Positions 36,756 through 50,720 of a stretch of 64,000 nt of DNA are shown here, in pieces. Position 1 is the stretch's first letter. Each line of letters opens with the position of its first letter. The stretch is from Octopus sinensis (taxonomy: Eukaryota): positions 39,010,464-39,074,463 of the forward strand of contig NC_043011.1 of assembly GCF_006345805.1 (NCBI RefSeq). Reading direction: 5' to 3'. Under the pieces are notes generated by a model that had not been told where the DNA came from, ran no database searches, and saw only the letters and a list, made by a program, of their open reading frames with translations. The position numbers and the translations under genes are program-made.

Positions 36756-38022
36756 TGGCTTGCTATATTTGTTGTGCACATATGTACACACGTCTGTCTG
36801 TCTGTCTTTAATGTATACGCATGCGTGCAAACCTCCCCCCCCCGTTCTTTCTCTTATTTCTGTATCTATCGACATAACCGCCAACATTATCATTGTTAGT
36901 ATTATAGTTTTTATTGTTGTTTTTTCATGTTACTTTCCATCGTAATAATCCTGCAAGACAAAATACTGTAAATTGATGCTATTCAAGAGAAATGGTTTTC
37001 TATTACAGTTTTTCGTCATCATCGTCGTCATAGTTTCATCATCATCGTCGTCACCATCATCTTCATCATTAGTTTTCTTTATTTATTCAATTGTTTGTTT
37101 ATTTATTTAATTTTCTCTCATCATAACCCGAGGTGACTTAAATCATTCTTTGATCATATTTTATTGATTTATTTATTTATTAACTTATTTTTATTCATTT
37201 TTATCATCATCATCATCATCATCATCGTTAATAGCAATATTAACAAAGATAATTTATGTAATAATAATAATAATAATGATAATAATAATAATACTATTAT
37301 TAATGATTATACAGAATAACAATAGCAATTGATTAGTATTAATAATAATAATGATTTCTAATATAATGATTTTCTAACATTGCTGGTGGTGGTGGTGGTA
37401 GTAGTAGTAGTAGTAATAATAATAATAATAATAACAACAATAATAATAATAATAATGATTATGATAATAAATATGATAATGATGAAAATAAATACAATAA
37501 TAATAATAATGATGATGGTAATATTAACATTGTTGATTCTTGCTTTATCTTCAGGAATTCTTTCCAACTTTGGCCTTTGAACTGATTATTCTTTGTCTTT
37601 GGGTGGTTTCTTTTGTTTATCTTTGTTTTATCTCTTTTTCGAGGGGAGGGGGTGTTGTTTCGTTTTATTTATTCTCTTTATTTTTGTTTTTCAAGATCTT
37701 TTTAAGTTTCTTTAATTTGTTTTTTTTTTTTATTAATATTTCTTCTTTTTTTTTTCGTTTTTCTTTCTCAAGAAAAGTGTTTTTTAATCTTTCTTTAGCT
37801 TGAAATATCTCTTTTTCTCCTTCACTTCTCACTTGAGATTTTATTGTGTGCGTGTGCGTGCACGTGTACATACATATATATCTGTGTGTGTGTGTATATA
37901 TATATATATACATACGCACGCACACACACACACACATATAAATATGTGCATGCACGTATGCATGTATACACATACATATACATGGATAGATAAAGAGATA
38001 ATAAATACATTGATTCATCTAA

Positions 38023-38079
<57 letters not shown>

Positions 38080-38117
38080 AATAGGTACATGAAAAGATGC
38101 AATGTGTGTAGATATAT

Positions 38118-38162
<45 letters not shown>

Positions 38163-38186
38163 CACACACACACACACACACACCAC

Positions 38187-38233
<47 letters not shown>

Positions 38234-38317
38234 TATACATATATATACATATCATCATCATCATCGTTTAACATCCGCTTCCATGCTAGCATGGGTTATA
38301 TATATATATACATATTC

Positions 38318-38372
<55 letters not shown>

Positions 38373-39099
38373 ATGTATGTGTGCATATGTAAGACAATCT
38401 GTTTCTTCTCATAAGATTTCTCTCTTCCGCTTATCTGCTGCCCTCACTCACTTCGTGTTTATCTTTGTGTGTGTATGTGTGTATTATTTATGCTTATATA
38501 TATGTATGTATATATATATAATATACACACAAACACACTTGTGCACACTCCCAACAATACCTTACCTTCCGCCTGGTATATTTTCTTTCATTTTATTAAG
38601 CACACACACACACACACACACACATACTAACACACACACAAACACACAACATGTTAGGATGAAGGAAAAAAAGAGAGAACGATAGCGATCCTATGACGAT
38701 GATGACGATCATATATGATTTCATATTCACAGTCATAGGCGCCTTACCCATCACTTCCATCCTCTCCCCCACTCCCAACGTGCGCCCCCCACCCCAAGGC
38801 TAGTTTTCTGAAACTAAATATGCATTTAAAATAAATAAATAAATAAATAAAAAAATTATGAACTAAAAATAAAATAACTAAAACAACAAAAAAAAAAAGC
38901 AACAAGAAACAACGGCAACATAGAAATTATAAATTGATTCGTCAATCATAAAAATAGTGATAATATTTATTGTACATTGAGGGTGGGGGGTGGGTTATTG
39001 ATTAAAGTAAAATGACTGAAGTGGTATGCTTACACGGCCATACTTGCCTCTCACAGATTATGTTTCTGAAATTAAATACAAAATGCTCTTTCTTTGTCT

Positions 39100-39134
<35 letters not shown>

Positions 39135-39383
39135 TTGTTTTATCATTTAAAAAAATTTTTTGTTTGTTTTAAAGATTTCTTTGTTTTTATTTGCTAAGTT
39201 CTCATTTTGGATTTGAATGCAGTTGTTTTGTATGTTTGTTTGTTTGTGGTCTGTTGAGTGTATGTATTGCTTTTTTTGCATTGTTTCTTTTTTTGTTTTT
39301 GCCTACAAGCATTTACATGTCTTTCTGAATTGGCCAGATCTGGCCTCTCACGCCTACCCTACATCATACTAAAAAAATTAACT

Positions 39384-39541
39384 CAGGAGTGGCTGTGTGG
39401 TAAGAAGCTTGCTTTCCAACCACATGGTTCTGGGTTCAGTCCCACTATGTGGCACCTTAGGCAAGTGTCTTCTACCATAGCCTCAGACCGACCAAAGCCC
39501 TGTCACTGGATTTGGTAGATGGAAACTGAAAGGAGCCTGTC

Positions 39542-39593
<52 letters not shown>

Positions 39594-39768
39594 ATGTGTG
39601 TTTGTCCTCCCACCATCACTTGACAACTGGTGTTGGTGTGTTTACGTTCCTGTGACTTAGAAGTTTGGCAAAAGAGACCGATAGAATAAGTACTAGGGTT
39701 TGATTTGTTCAACTAAAAGTAGTGCTGCAGCATGGCCACACTCAAATGATTGAAACGAATAAAAGAAT
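39384..39768 (+). mobile_element. SINE family A
   Basis: Canonical head, core and tail with internal microsatellite. Confidence 0.88.
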
Positions 39769-39771
39769 CTA

Positions 39772-39824
<53 letters not shown>

Positions 39825-40082
39825 TTCTCTCTCTCGTTGTTAACAGTAGAATTGTTAGCACTCCAGGTAAAATGCTAAGTGGCATTTCAGCCATCTTTAG
39901 ATTCTCAGTTCAGATTCCACCAAGGTCGACTTTGCTTTTTATCCCTTCAGTGGAGTCAGAGTCAAAGTTGGAAACCATTAAGGGGTGGCTGGAGTCACAG
40001 ATGGTAAAACTATAATGACTCTGATTCCGACTCACAATATCTTTATTCTTTTAATATAAACCAGTGATAACATATATATATA

Positions 40083-40295
40083 TATTTCTTTATTGCCCAC
40101 AGGGGGCTAAACACAAAGGGGGCAAACAAAGGGATTAAGTCAATTAGAGCGTAACTGGTACTTATTTAATTGACCCCGAAAGGATGAAAGGCCAAGTTGA
40201 CCTTGGCAGAATTTGAACTTGGAACGTAACGGCAGACGAAATACCACTGAGCATTTCACCCGGCGTGCTAATGATTCTGCCAGCTTGCCGCCTTC
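40083..40295 (-). mobile_element. SINE family B
   Basis: Reverse complement of 8862-9081. Confidence 0.85.
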
Positions 40296-41184
40296 AATCA
40301 GTTATAACATATAGGCCCACTCAAACTACAAGCATGTGCATATGCTTTAAGAGATATGTAGACCACAATCACTTAATTACATAAAGAGGAGTCAGTTGGA
40401 GTCAGAGGTGTCAGAGTCGGAGTCAAAGTTTTTTGTTTTGATCGACTTGCTTTCAGGGTCAATAAATTAAGTACCCACTGAGCACTGGGGTCGATGAAAT
40501 CAGCTTCGAAATTGCTGACTTTTTGTTAGAATTTTGATATTATTATAATTATCATAAAGGTAGTGAGCTGGCAGACTTGTTAGCATGCTGGACAAAATGC
40601 CTAGTGGTATTCTGTGTTCAAATTCCATTGAGGTCGATAAATTAAGTACCAGTTAAACACTGGGGTCGATGTAATCGACTCCCCCCCACAAAATTGCTGC
40701 CCCTGTGGAAAAATTTGAAACCATCTATAATAATAATCTTGTAGTTTTCTCCGTCACAACATATGACTGAGAAAGGAAAAGGTGAGAGATGAATAAAGAA
40801 GGAAGGGGTGATGGCAAACTGGTAGTGGGAGTGTTTCAACTCTGTGTGGGTATATGTGTGTGTATGTAAAAAGGAGGTATGTGAGTGTTTGTGTGTGTGT
40901 GTGTGTGTGTGTAATGGAAGTGGAATGGTGAACATTCACTGCTGAAAAGAAAATTTTAACAGCGTTTCAACTCTGTGTGTGTGTGCATGTACAAGGGAAG
41001 AATGTGAATGTTTGTATGTGTGAACCAGCGATCTTTCATTATTAAATGATGATTGATGTCACATCTCAAAAGACAACCACTTGATAACATTGACAAGTGT
41101 CATATTTATATATAAAATACTACAATTAACCATCATTTTTGATGGCATGGGGCTAGCTAGTAATAATAATTTTTAAGTCATTAT

Positions 41185-41592
41185 ACATCATCATCGTTTA
41201 ATGTCCATTTTCTATGCTGGTATGGGTTCGACGATTTGACTGTGGACTGGTAAGCTAGAAGACTGCACCAGGTTCCAATCTGATTTGGCAAGGTTTCTAC
41301 AGCTGGATGCCCTTCCAAACACCAATCACTCTGAGAGTGTAGTGGGTACTTTTTATGTGCCACTGGCACTGGAGCCAGTCAGGTGTCACTGGCATTGACA
41401 TTTGGATGGTGCTTTTTACGTGCCACTGGCATGGGAGCAATCAGGGAACTGGCAACAACCACATTTGGATGATGCTTTTTATGTGCCACTGACATGGGAA
41501 CCAGTCAGGGGGCACTGGCATCAACCATACTTGGATGACGCTTTTTACATGCCACAAGCACAGGGAGTCGATCAGGCGGCGCTGGCATTGAC
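41185..41592 (-). mobile_element. SINE-like family C with about 4 internal units
   Basis: CATCATCATCGTTTAATGTCC terminus and repeated TTTT(A)YGTGCCACTG units. Confidence 0.82.
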
Positions 41593-42770
41593 ATATGTGT
41601 TGTTTACAAGCAGTGTCATTCATTTCTAATTTTGTGGGAGCATGTCTGGTGGGGGTGGTGGGGATATTACCTTACTTGGAAAGAAGTGAAGGTTGGCAAC
41701 AGGAAGGGCATCCTGCCGTAGAAAAACTGCTTCAAATAAACCTTGCCTGACCAATGCAAACGTGGGAAAGTGAACATTAAATGATGATGATTATTTTTTG
41801 AAATAGTGTTTAGCTGGTTGAATGTATAATTTGACAGTCCCTGTAGAGAATATGTATATTGAAATATTCATTTCAATGGTTTGTGTGTATGTGTGTTAAA
41901 AGTATGTTTGCTTGCAGACTGGACTGGGCTGTTTCAGATTGAAAGAACGTCAAACCGAACAAGACAAGTTTGCAAGATATTTCAAGAAAATGGGATCTGT
42001 CAGTTAGATACAGCTAAACCTATGAAGAAGCAAAGAGAAACATTTGAGAGACAGAAAGGGAACCAGGCAAATAGGAGAAGGAAGAGGGAGAGACAAGAGA
42101 AAGTTTATATTCATAAAACATGTCTAAACAAGAAATTTGACAATTTTTAGAATTAGATAAACCCTTTTAATACCAACCCACCTGAAACCACCTGTGGTTC
42201 GACAACATTAGCTTCTTGTTTTAAAGTGAACTGCATTAAAACCTCCTATGAAAATTTCGTGTCAGTTTCCCTGACAACAGCTTAATGATGAAGATATTTA
42301 ATAGAGGCTTCCTTGTTTTCAAAATTTATTGAAGCAACGGGATTGTATTTCAGTCGGAATATGCTAATCCTATTAGGGCTTCGATAATGTGAAGCAGTAG
42401 TGAAGTACTGGTGTTGATGTAATTAACTTGTTCTCCTCCCCTTACATTGCTTGTCTTAACATGCCAGACAAAATGCTTAGCAGTGTTTCTTTTGACTTCA
42501 TGTTCTGAGCTCAGATGCTGTGCAGAACATAAAGTGCTTTGTCCAAAATGCTTATGATTCTGTCTCCCTACCACCATAATAATAACAACAACAACAATTT
42601 CTACAATAAGCACAAGGACTGAAATTGGTGGGGGGTGGGGGAGCAAGGGCTAGTCTACCACATCAACCACAATACTTAACTGGTATTTATTTTATCAGTA
42701 TCAAAAGGATTTGATAGTTTAGTTTTACATGTTCCATGTTAAAATAATGATTTTTTATGCAAGAATTTAT

Positions 42771-43140
42771 TCAAAAACAACAACTATTCTTCAAAATAAA
42801 GACCATTTTCCACGACCTTCTTACAATAATCTGCAAGCTTTCGAATGACTCGGACTCAAATCGGCAACCTTTCATAAAGTGCTGCATTGATTGGAAGAGA
42901 CCATAGTCAGATGGAGCAATGTCTGGACTATAGGCTTGATGCAACAGAACTTCTTCACTGTCCAATTTTTCAATCTTGTCGCTGGTCTTTCTGGTGGTGT
43001 GTGGCTTTGCATTGTCTTGCTGAAACAAAACAGGTTTTCGACGAACAAGTCTTGGGTACTTTTCAACCAGCACATCGTAGACTTGATCAAGTTGCTCACA
43101 GTAAAGTTCAGCGTTGATGGTGCAACCATTCGGCACACAA
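42771..43140 (-). pseudogene. mariner transposase C-terminal remnant
   Basis: Translation TINAELYCEQL...FQQDNAKPHT...AYSPDIAPSDYGLF matches the mariner DNA.PH and YSPDLAP.D catalytic-domain motifs; no N-terminus or TIR pair seen. Confidence 0.92.
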
Positions 43141-43283
43141 ACTTTTTCCTCAACCTAATATAATGACCCTATAGGGTAAGTGTGAAAGGCCTGATCTGGT
43201 TTGTTTGAACATAGAACAGGCAGAATATTTGGACTGGATATAGCCAGTTTAGATGCTAAATGGTTAAGCACCAAATGATAGTC

Positions 43284-43725
43284 TGTAATACCAGGCACTG
43301 TTGTTCTTCAGCAAGTCAATACATCTAGTATTGAAATGCTCCTTGTATTCGGTGAGATGTATTGGGCTGGGCATCCTACTAGGATGCAGCATGACAGGTT
43401 CCTTAAACATCTGTTTTATGGGGAGACACAACATGGTGAACAACCATAATAGAAACAAACATAAGAAACATTTTAGGGATGCCATCAAAAGCAACCTGAA
43501 GGCTGTTAGTGTGAATGTTGAAGACTTGGGGGGAACAGATGAGGGAAAACTGAATGCACTGGAAAAAATAATCTACGGTGGTTGTTAAGTGTTTGAAACA
43601 CAGAATTGAATAATCCATCATTAAAAGAACACTTAAAAAACATACATGTTTTGGCCTGAGCACGTTGGTAACATTTGCAGTAAGGTCTGTTTGTCCAAAG
43701 TTGGACTTCTTATTCACGTGATCTC
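43284..43725 (+). pseudogene. RTE-clade LINE ORF 3' remnant (frameshifted)
   Basis: Manual translation VIPGTVVLQQVNTSSIEMLLVFGEMYWAGHPTRMQHDRFLKHLFYGE, then KKHFRDAIKSNLK, then ICSKVCLSKVGLLIH. Typical RTE C-terminal WAGH..RM / LFYGE / C..C...H pattern. Confidence 0.8.
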
Positions 43726-44335
43726 GCCAATTGAAGAGATGGCCTTCTGTGAAGATCTGGCAACCACCGTAACTCTGTTGAAAGTTTATAAAATACTTAT
43801 GATGTCAGCAACATTCAGTTCTTGCTGATAAGAACGAAGCTCCTAAAATGGATTGAAAAAGAAATGCATAGGATTGCTTTTGTCCAATGGTAGAATGCTT
43901 ATGTCCACAGGGGATGTGGGTTCAAATCCAACTGGCAGCTTTCAACTTTTTCTGACTACTAGGGTTGATCAACCCAATATTTACATGCTGTTTAAAGCTG
44001 TAGGTAATGTGCTTTGAGAACCATTATTCTGAAAAATGAATTATTTTATGTTGTCTTGAAATTTTATAAAATTCTTATGGCATTAACATATAGTGTGTGT
44101 GTGTGTGTATGTATGTGTGTATATATATATATGCATGTGTGTGTGTATACTGGGTGCAGTGACTAGACTCTTATGAAACCTATATATAACCAATGTAGTT
44201 TTCTGTAGCATGTGCAACATACACAAAGACACACACACACACACACACACGTGTGTATGATAGTTGTATGTTTTGGTTATCAGATATAGAACTACTAGAA
44301 AATTTCCATGTTCCCACTATCATGATACAGACAGT

Positions 44336-44666
44336 ATATATATATATATATATATAATATATATATATATATGTGTGTGTGTGTGTTCATGTATACTATA
44401 CTTACAGGCCTGCATATATATGTACACGTATGCACACACACTTAGGTTATTTATTCATTGTGTGTGTGCGTGCGCATATACATACACAAATACAGACACA
44501 TGCATTGCTTGGTGTCAGGTGTGCATGTTTGCAACAGGTTTGAATATGTGCTAAAGAGTTGATTGCTATGTCTATCAAACCAAGATAGTTGTATGTAACA
44601 CATGCTCTCTCCCTCTCTCTCACATACATGAAAACACATACACACATATACGCACACACACACATG

Positions 44667-44698
<32 letters not shown>

Positions 44699-44929
44699 CT
44701 CTCTCTCTCCCTTCTCTGTGCTGTGTCTCCCACCTTTTCGTGCCTTTATTTTTTTCTTCTGTTACCTGAATGAATGACTGTAGTCTTCAAAGGGCAAGGT
44801 ATAGATGTGCGATAGCAGTTGCAGATTAATAGCAGAGCTGCATGAGGCCATTGAGATGTATTGATTTGATATTGTGGTGACTACACACAAACTCCGGCAC
44901 CTACATCAAAACACACTTAGACATATGTC

Positions 44930-44993
<64 letters not shown>

Positions 44994-45539
44994 TCATGTA
45001 TACTATACTTACAGGCCTGCATATATATGTACACGTATGCACACACACTTAGGTTATTTATTCATTGTGTGTGTGCGTGCGCATATACATACACAAATAC
45101 AGACACATGCATTGCTTGGTGTCAGGTGTGCATGTTTGCAACAGGTTTGAATATGTGCTAAAGAGTTGATTGCTATGTCTATCAAACCAAGATAGTTGTA
45201 TGTAACACATGCTCTCTCCCTCTCTCTCACATACATGAAAACACATACACACATATACGCACACACACACACACATGCACACACACACACACACACCACA
45301 CACACACTCTCTCTCTCTCCCTTCTCTGTGCTGTGTCTCCCACCTTTTCGTGCCTTTATTTTTTTCTTCTGTTACCTGAATGAATGACTGTAGTCTTCAA
45401 AGGGCAAGGTATAGATGTGCGATAGCAGTTGCAGATTAATAGCAGAGCTGCATGAGGCCATTGAGATGTATTGATTTGATATTGTGGTGACTACACACAA
45501 ACTCCGGCACCTACATCAAAACACACTTAGACATATGTC

Positions 45540-45585
<46 letters not shown>
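44336..45585. repeat. Near-identical tandem duplication, about 607-610-bp unit, bounded by (TA)n
   Basis: GTATACTATACTTACAGGCC at 44391 and 44998; the units appear to differ only in microsatellite lengths. Confidence 0.95.
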
Positions 45586-45593
<8 letters not shown>

Positions 45594-46684
45594 CTTGCTT
45601 GTATATCGGCATGGTTGATATACACTTCCATCTCAAGTGTGTGTTAGGCATTTCTGTATTTTCTTCAGACGAATAAAATTGAATGCATCCATATACATAG
45701 GTGTACATATACAGAAATACAGGCAGGTGTGTATGTATATGTGTATATGTGTGTGTGTGTGTGTATGTTCATGTGTGTGTGTATTCTTATTTGCATCTCA
45801 TGATACACATGCACATATGTATACCTTCGTGTGTGTGTTTGTTTATATATACATATATATCAAATTTTATTCGTGTGTAATGTGCAGTATATAATATGGA
45901 ACATCAGGCTCAAAGCTAGAATGTCGACGTTATATATTTGAATGTAAAAATGAAAAAAAAAAAGGAGAAAATATATTGTAGATTTAAAAAATTTTTCAGT
46001 TAGGCTTATATTTCGAATTGCTATGTTCTTTGAGTAAAGACAGAATATATTTGTGTGTGTGTATATATGTATATTCATGCATGCGTTTTAAGGTTAGAGT
46101 TGTAAACAACAGTATATGCTTACTGATGAAGGAACTCGAATACTTTTAGGCTCAATTAAGTTTATAGCACATATTTGGTTAACTGCCACTTCAAGTGTTG
46201 CTTCTGGGTGAATAACCTTCAAGAAGCAGCACTTGACGTCTTAGTCAACTGGTTGATTCCAGGACGTTTTAGCTTCATTTATCTGTGAAGCATATTGAGT
46301 TTTTTTAACTTAGTATATCTGTAAAGGGATCTTTCCCCAGATGATTGCTGCAGCTTCTCTCTCTTCTCTGATGTACGTACCTTTGACATAGTTATGTCTC
46401 ACACATACACAAACGTATACACATATATATATATACATATATAAAACGTGATTGATCAGACTATGAGATATTCTTATACATTGCTGGTCCCAATGTGCTT
46501 CACTGTGCATTGTTTTAGCTTTTGAATGATGCCATCCCAAGCGGGTCAACATTCCCCCTGATTGAAAGGCTAGTCCATTGCAGGGTTATCTTCTTTTCTG
46601 ATAAAATAAGGGAGGTGAGAGAGTATACGTTTATTCCATTTGTTCACAGTTGTTTCATTATATTGTTAGTTATATTGTGGATAT

Positions 46685-46825
46685 TACAATGGGGTGCTGA
46701 AAAGTTCCTGGCTTAAGGGTATTGAGAAAGACCCGGTTGGAGCCCTGACCTTCGAAGTTATTTTACAGGGCTTACGAAGACTGGTGGACTGCTGCAATAA
46801 ATGTGTGAATCTGAGAGGGGAATAG
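46685..46825 (+). mobile_element. Non-autonomous mariner-derived fragment
   Basis: TA...GGGGTGCTGAAAAGTTCCTGGCT TIR-like start; encodes LVDCCNKCVNLRGE, resembling the mariner terminal RW.KC...G.Y motif. Confidence 0.6.
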
Positions 46826-46892
46826 TAGTATTGTATTTGTTTTTATTATTATTTATTAGTAGTATTGTATTTGTTCTTATCATTATTTATTA

Positions 46893-47057
46893 GTAGGCGC
46901 AGGAGTGGCTGTGTGGTAAGTAGCTTGTTTACCAACCACATGGTTCCGGGTTCAGTCCCACTGCATGGCACCTTGGGCAAGTGTCTTCTACTATAGCCTC
47001 AGGCCGACCAAAGCCTTGTGAGTGGATTTGGTAGACGGAAACTGAAAGAAGCCCGTC

Positions 47058-47094
<37 letters not shown>

Positions 47095-47306
47095 TGTGTG
47101 TCTGTGTTTGTCCCCTTAGCATTGTTTGACAACTGATGCTGGTGTGTTTATGTCCCCGTTACTTAGCGGTTCGGCAAATGAGACCGATAGAATAAGTACT
47201 GGGCTTACAAAAAAGAATAAGTCCCGGGGTCGTGTTGCTCGATTAAAGGCAGTGCTCCAGCATGGCCGCAGTCAAAATGACTGAAACAAGTAAAAGTGTA
47301 AAGAGT
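46893..47306 (+). mobile_element. SINE family A, full length
   Basis: TAGGCGCAGGAGTGGCTGTGTGGTAAG head to GTAAAAGTGTAAAGAG tail. Confidence 0.92.
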
Positions 47307-48199
47307 AAGTATTGTATTTGTTTTAATTCTGACAATTTGGGTTTCTCTATTTCCATGTCATTATATAAGCTGACTGATTCACCCTTTCCCTTCAGAGAAG
47401 TGATTTCATCCGTTGGAAATTGATGATGCACCAATAAGAATACTTTCTCTCTCCACCCTTTACTTGATAGTCTTTGCCAAGAATGTCCAACCAAGTTGCC
47501 TTAATCTGTCTGTATGTCTCTGAGCAAACTAATGAGTCCGTTGCACCCCCCCCCCCAACTACCATCCGGCTAATTACTTCTAAGTCAGTTGCTGCTTTTG
47601 GCACTGTGTTAGAATCCTATTTTCAGTACTTATAATCCAGGGAAAGAACTACTGCTTGAACTGCTAAAAATAGCAGCCAAATCTCAAATCTCTTTCAAAT
47701 TACTGTCTCATGTCCTTGGTCTCATAGGGCCAGTTGTTCCGTTTCCATGGCGTATAAATGACTGAGGTTGCAACATTCCACCACTGAATGGGATGTGAAC
47801 CTGTGACAGGGTTATTCCTTTACAGCTGAGTGGATCTGAGGGAATGTGAAATGAAATCTCTGTCTCAAGAACGTAATGCACTGACTGACTGCACAATGCA
47901 GAATGTAAAACCACGAGCTCCTGATTTTGAGTGCAACTATTCTGCTCAATATCTTAGCGATAAACGCATCCCAAATATTATTTTAGCAAGTTTAAAGTGA
48001 TTTCTTTTGTACCATAAACCATTTACCATTTCTGTGGTGCCCCCTCCTTCTCTTAATGCCCTAAGCATGTGCGTAAAGGTTAATCCAGTGCTGACAGGAA
48101 GGGCATCCAGCTATAGAAAATCTGTCTCAACAAATTCTGGCCAACCTATGTGCTTCCAATTCTGTCTTGATTACACCATTTTTTTTTTCCATCTCAACA

Positions 48200-48355
48200 A
48201 CCAAAATTGGTTGACCAAATCGTTTTCCCATCGCCGTGGACACCTTCCAAGTGGCATTTTCTGATCTCTTTCTTGGATACCATTCAGCAACTGCTTAGGT
48301 CAACCTGTTGTCTGTGGTCCTAGGGATATATGTCTGGCACAGCTGCACTTGGTGC
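48200..48355 (-). pseudogene. RTE-clade LINE 3' remnant
   Basis: Across frameshifts reads KCSCARHIS / RTTDNRLT*AVAEWYPR / QKMPLGRCPRRWENDLV, similar to RTE WAGHIAR.TDNRWT..V.EWYPR...RP.GRP..RW.DDL. Confidence 0.7.
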
Positions 48356-48744
48356 TTTCATGAAAGATGCAATTACATTATTTCCTCAGCTCTGTTCTAA
48401 AGCGTGCGCGTGCACACACACACACGCACACACATGTAAATATGTTTGTGTTTCTGTACTTTGTTATATATGTGTGTGTGTGTGTGTGTGCACTTCATTA
48501 GAAATATTTCCTATGTTACATGCGTTTCTGTACCTAGTCATGTGTGTACCTGTGCTTTGTTTTACACACACACACACACACACACGAGTTGGTGCTTTGT
48601 GTGTGGGTGTGTATTGCTGTGCTTTTATTATATAAAGCATTTCTGTTCTCCCTTTGTGCACTTCATTATAAACATTTCTCTGCTTCATTATTATGCTTTA
48701 CGTATAGTGAAACTTGTTTATTTTATTTTTGTTGTTGTAATAAA

Positions 48745-49590
48745 TAGCAATAACGCTAGTAATAATAATAATGATAATAATAATAATAATAATAATAATT
48801 GTTGCTGTTATAGTTGTTGTTGTTATTATTATTATTAGGTTTTGTTTCGTTAAGTTGCCTCTAGCAATAACGACTTATTAGCTATAAGCACCAGGGGATA
48901 TGGTTAGCTAATGACTCCTTGTTACCACCACTACCATCACTGCCACCACCACCACAACAATATTGTTCTATTATTGTAGTTATGACCACCACTATCATCA
49001 GCTGCAGTAGCATGACTATCATCATCACTATCATCATCACCACCTCCACCACCACCACCACCACCATCATCACAATCACCACAACTGTCATAATCATCAT
49101 CATCAACACTACCATCATCATGACCACCGCCACTACCATCATCATCATCAATACAAATAACAACAGCTCTGCTGTCATCACTACTATAGTCACATCTGTA
49201 ATCATCGTCATCATCACTGTCACCACAGCTAACAACAGCAGCGTCAGCATAACAATCAACCAACCACCATCACTACGACCACCTCACCAACAGCTAACTA
49301 TCATTACCATGACACCACCTTCACCACTGCCACTAACTCCATCACCACCACCAGCAACCTACCACCATTGTGGGGGGTGGAGATCCACCATTGTCACCAC
49401 CCTGTTGTCATCATCATCATCACTGCAGCCGCCAGTGGCACTACAACTGCCATCTCCAGCATCGCCAATCACCATCGTTACAACTACTGCCATTTACTCA
49501 CACTGTCACCTCCATCGTCACCACCACCACCACCACCACTGCCATCATCACAACTGTCACTACCACTGCACCCTCCACCCTATCACCACC

Positions 49591-49621
<31 letters not shown>

Positions 49622-49780
49622 CCCGACTACCATCATTGGCTTCCCATCACCACCGTCATCACCACCACCACAACCACCATCATCGGCTTCTCATCACCAC
49701 CGTCATCACCACCACACGACTACCATCATCGGCATCCCATCACCACCGTCATCATCACGCTCCACCACTGCTTCTCCCTA
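48745..49780. repeat. (TAA)n then long degenerate (CAC/CAT)n trinucleotide tract
   Basis: Direct reading; open in several frames as poly-T/H/P/S/I. Confidence 0.9.
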
Positions 49781-50429
49781 TCTGTAAATCAGCTACTTCA
49801 CTTGGCATCGTATTAGAATCCTATTACCGATGAAGCTTACTTATTCTGCGTTAAGAGGTTTTCTTCTGCTTTATTCCGCTCCAGTTCTTTTTCAAAGTAA
49901 GATAAAATTTTTTAAAATAGGCAGTTTTGTTGAAGAATAACTGGATTGATAGCTCTTCCTTTCTCTCTCTCTGTATGTATGTATGTACATATATATGTGT
50001 GTGTGTGTGTTTGCATGTCATCTTCATCATTTGATGTCTGTCTTCGATGCTGGCATGGGTTGGATGGCTTGATAGGAGTTGGCAAGCCTGAGGACTGTAC
50101 CAAGATCCACTGTCTTCTTTGGCAGGGTTATTAAGGCTGGATGCTCTTCCTAACATCAACCACTTTACAGAATGGACTGGAAGTTTTTTTTTTATGCCAC
50201 ACCAGCACCAATGAGGTCTGCTTTGGCATGGTTTTGAAGGCTCGATGCCCTTCCTAGTACCAACCATTTTGGAGAGTGGACTGGGTGCTTTTTATGTGGC
50301 ACCAGTACCAGCGAGGTCTGCTTTCGCATATTTATATATAGATATGTGTATATATGGATATATTTGTAACAAGAATATCAAAACAGTAATTGTTGTGAAT
50401 AAATTTATTTAAAGAACTAATATGCAGTA

Positions 50430-50720
50430 TCACGTGATTACGTGACCGACCAGGCTATGCTGATCACAATGCGCTTTGCATTGTTTTAGCCTTCAAATGA
50501 TGCCACCCCACTGGCTAAGCGAGCAGGCTAACAGAAGAAAGAGTGAGAGAAAGTTGCGGCAAAAGAGTACAGCAGGGATCGTCATCATCCCCTGCTGGAG
50601 CCTCGTGGAACTTTAGGTGTTTTCGCTCAATAAACACTCACAACGCCCAGTCTGGGAATTGAAACTGCTATCTTACGACCACGAGTCCGCTGCCCTAACC
50701 ACTGGGCCTTTGCGCCTCCA
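50430..50720 (-). mobile_element. SINE family E-related
   Basis: Minus-strand head TGGAGGCGCAAAGGCCCAGTGGTTAGGGCAGCGGACTCG; shares GAAAGAGTGAGAGAAAGTTG...TAGGTGTTTTCGCTC with 30590-30883. Confidence 0.8.

Noticed and set aside
48919-49833. 304-aa ORF, the longest in the window
   Set aside because: Translation of a degenerate (CAC/CAT)n tract, open in several frames on both strands, with no domain signal.
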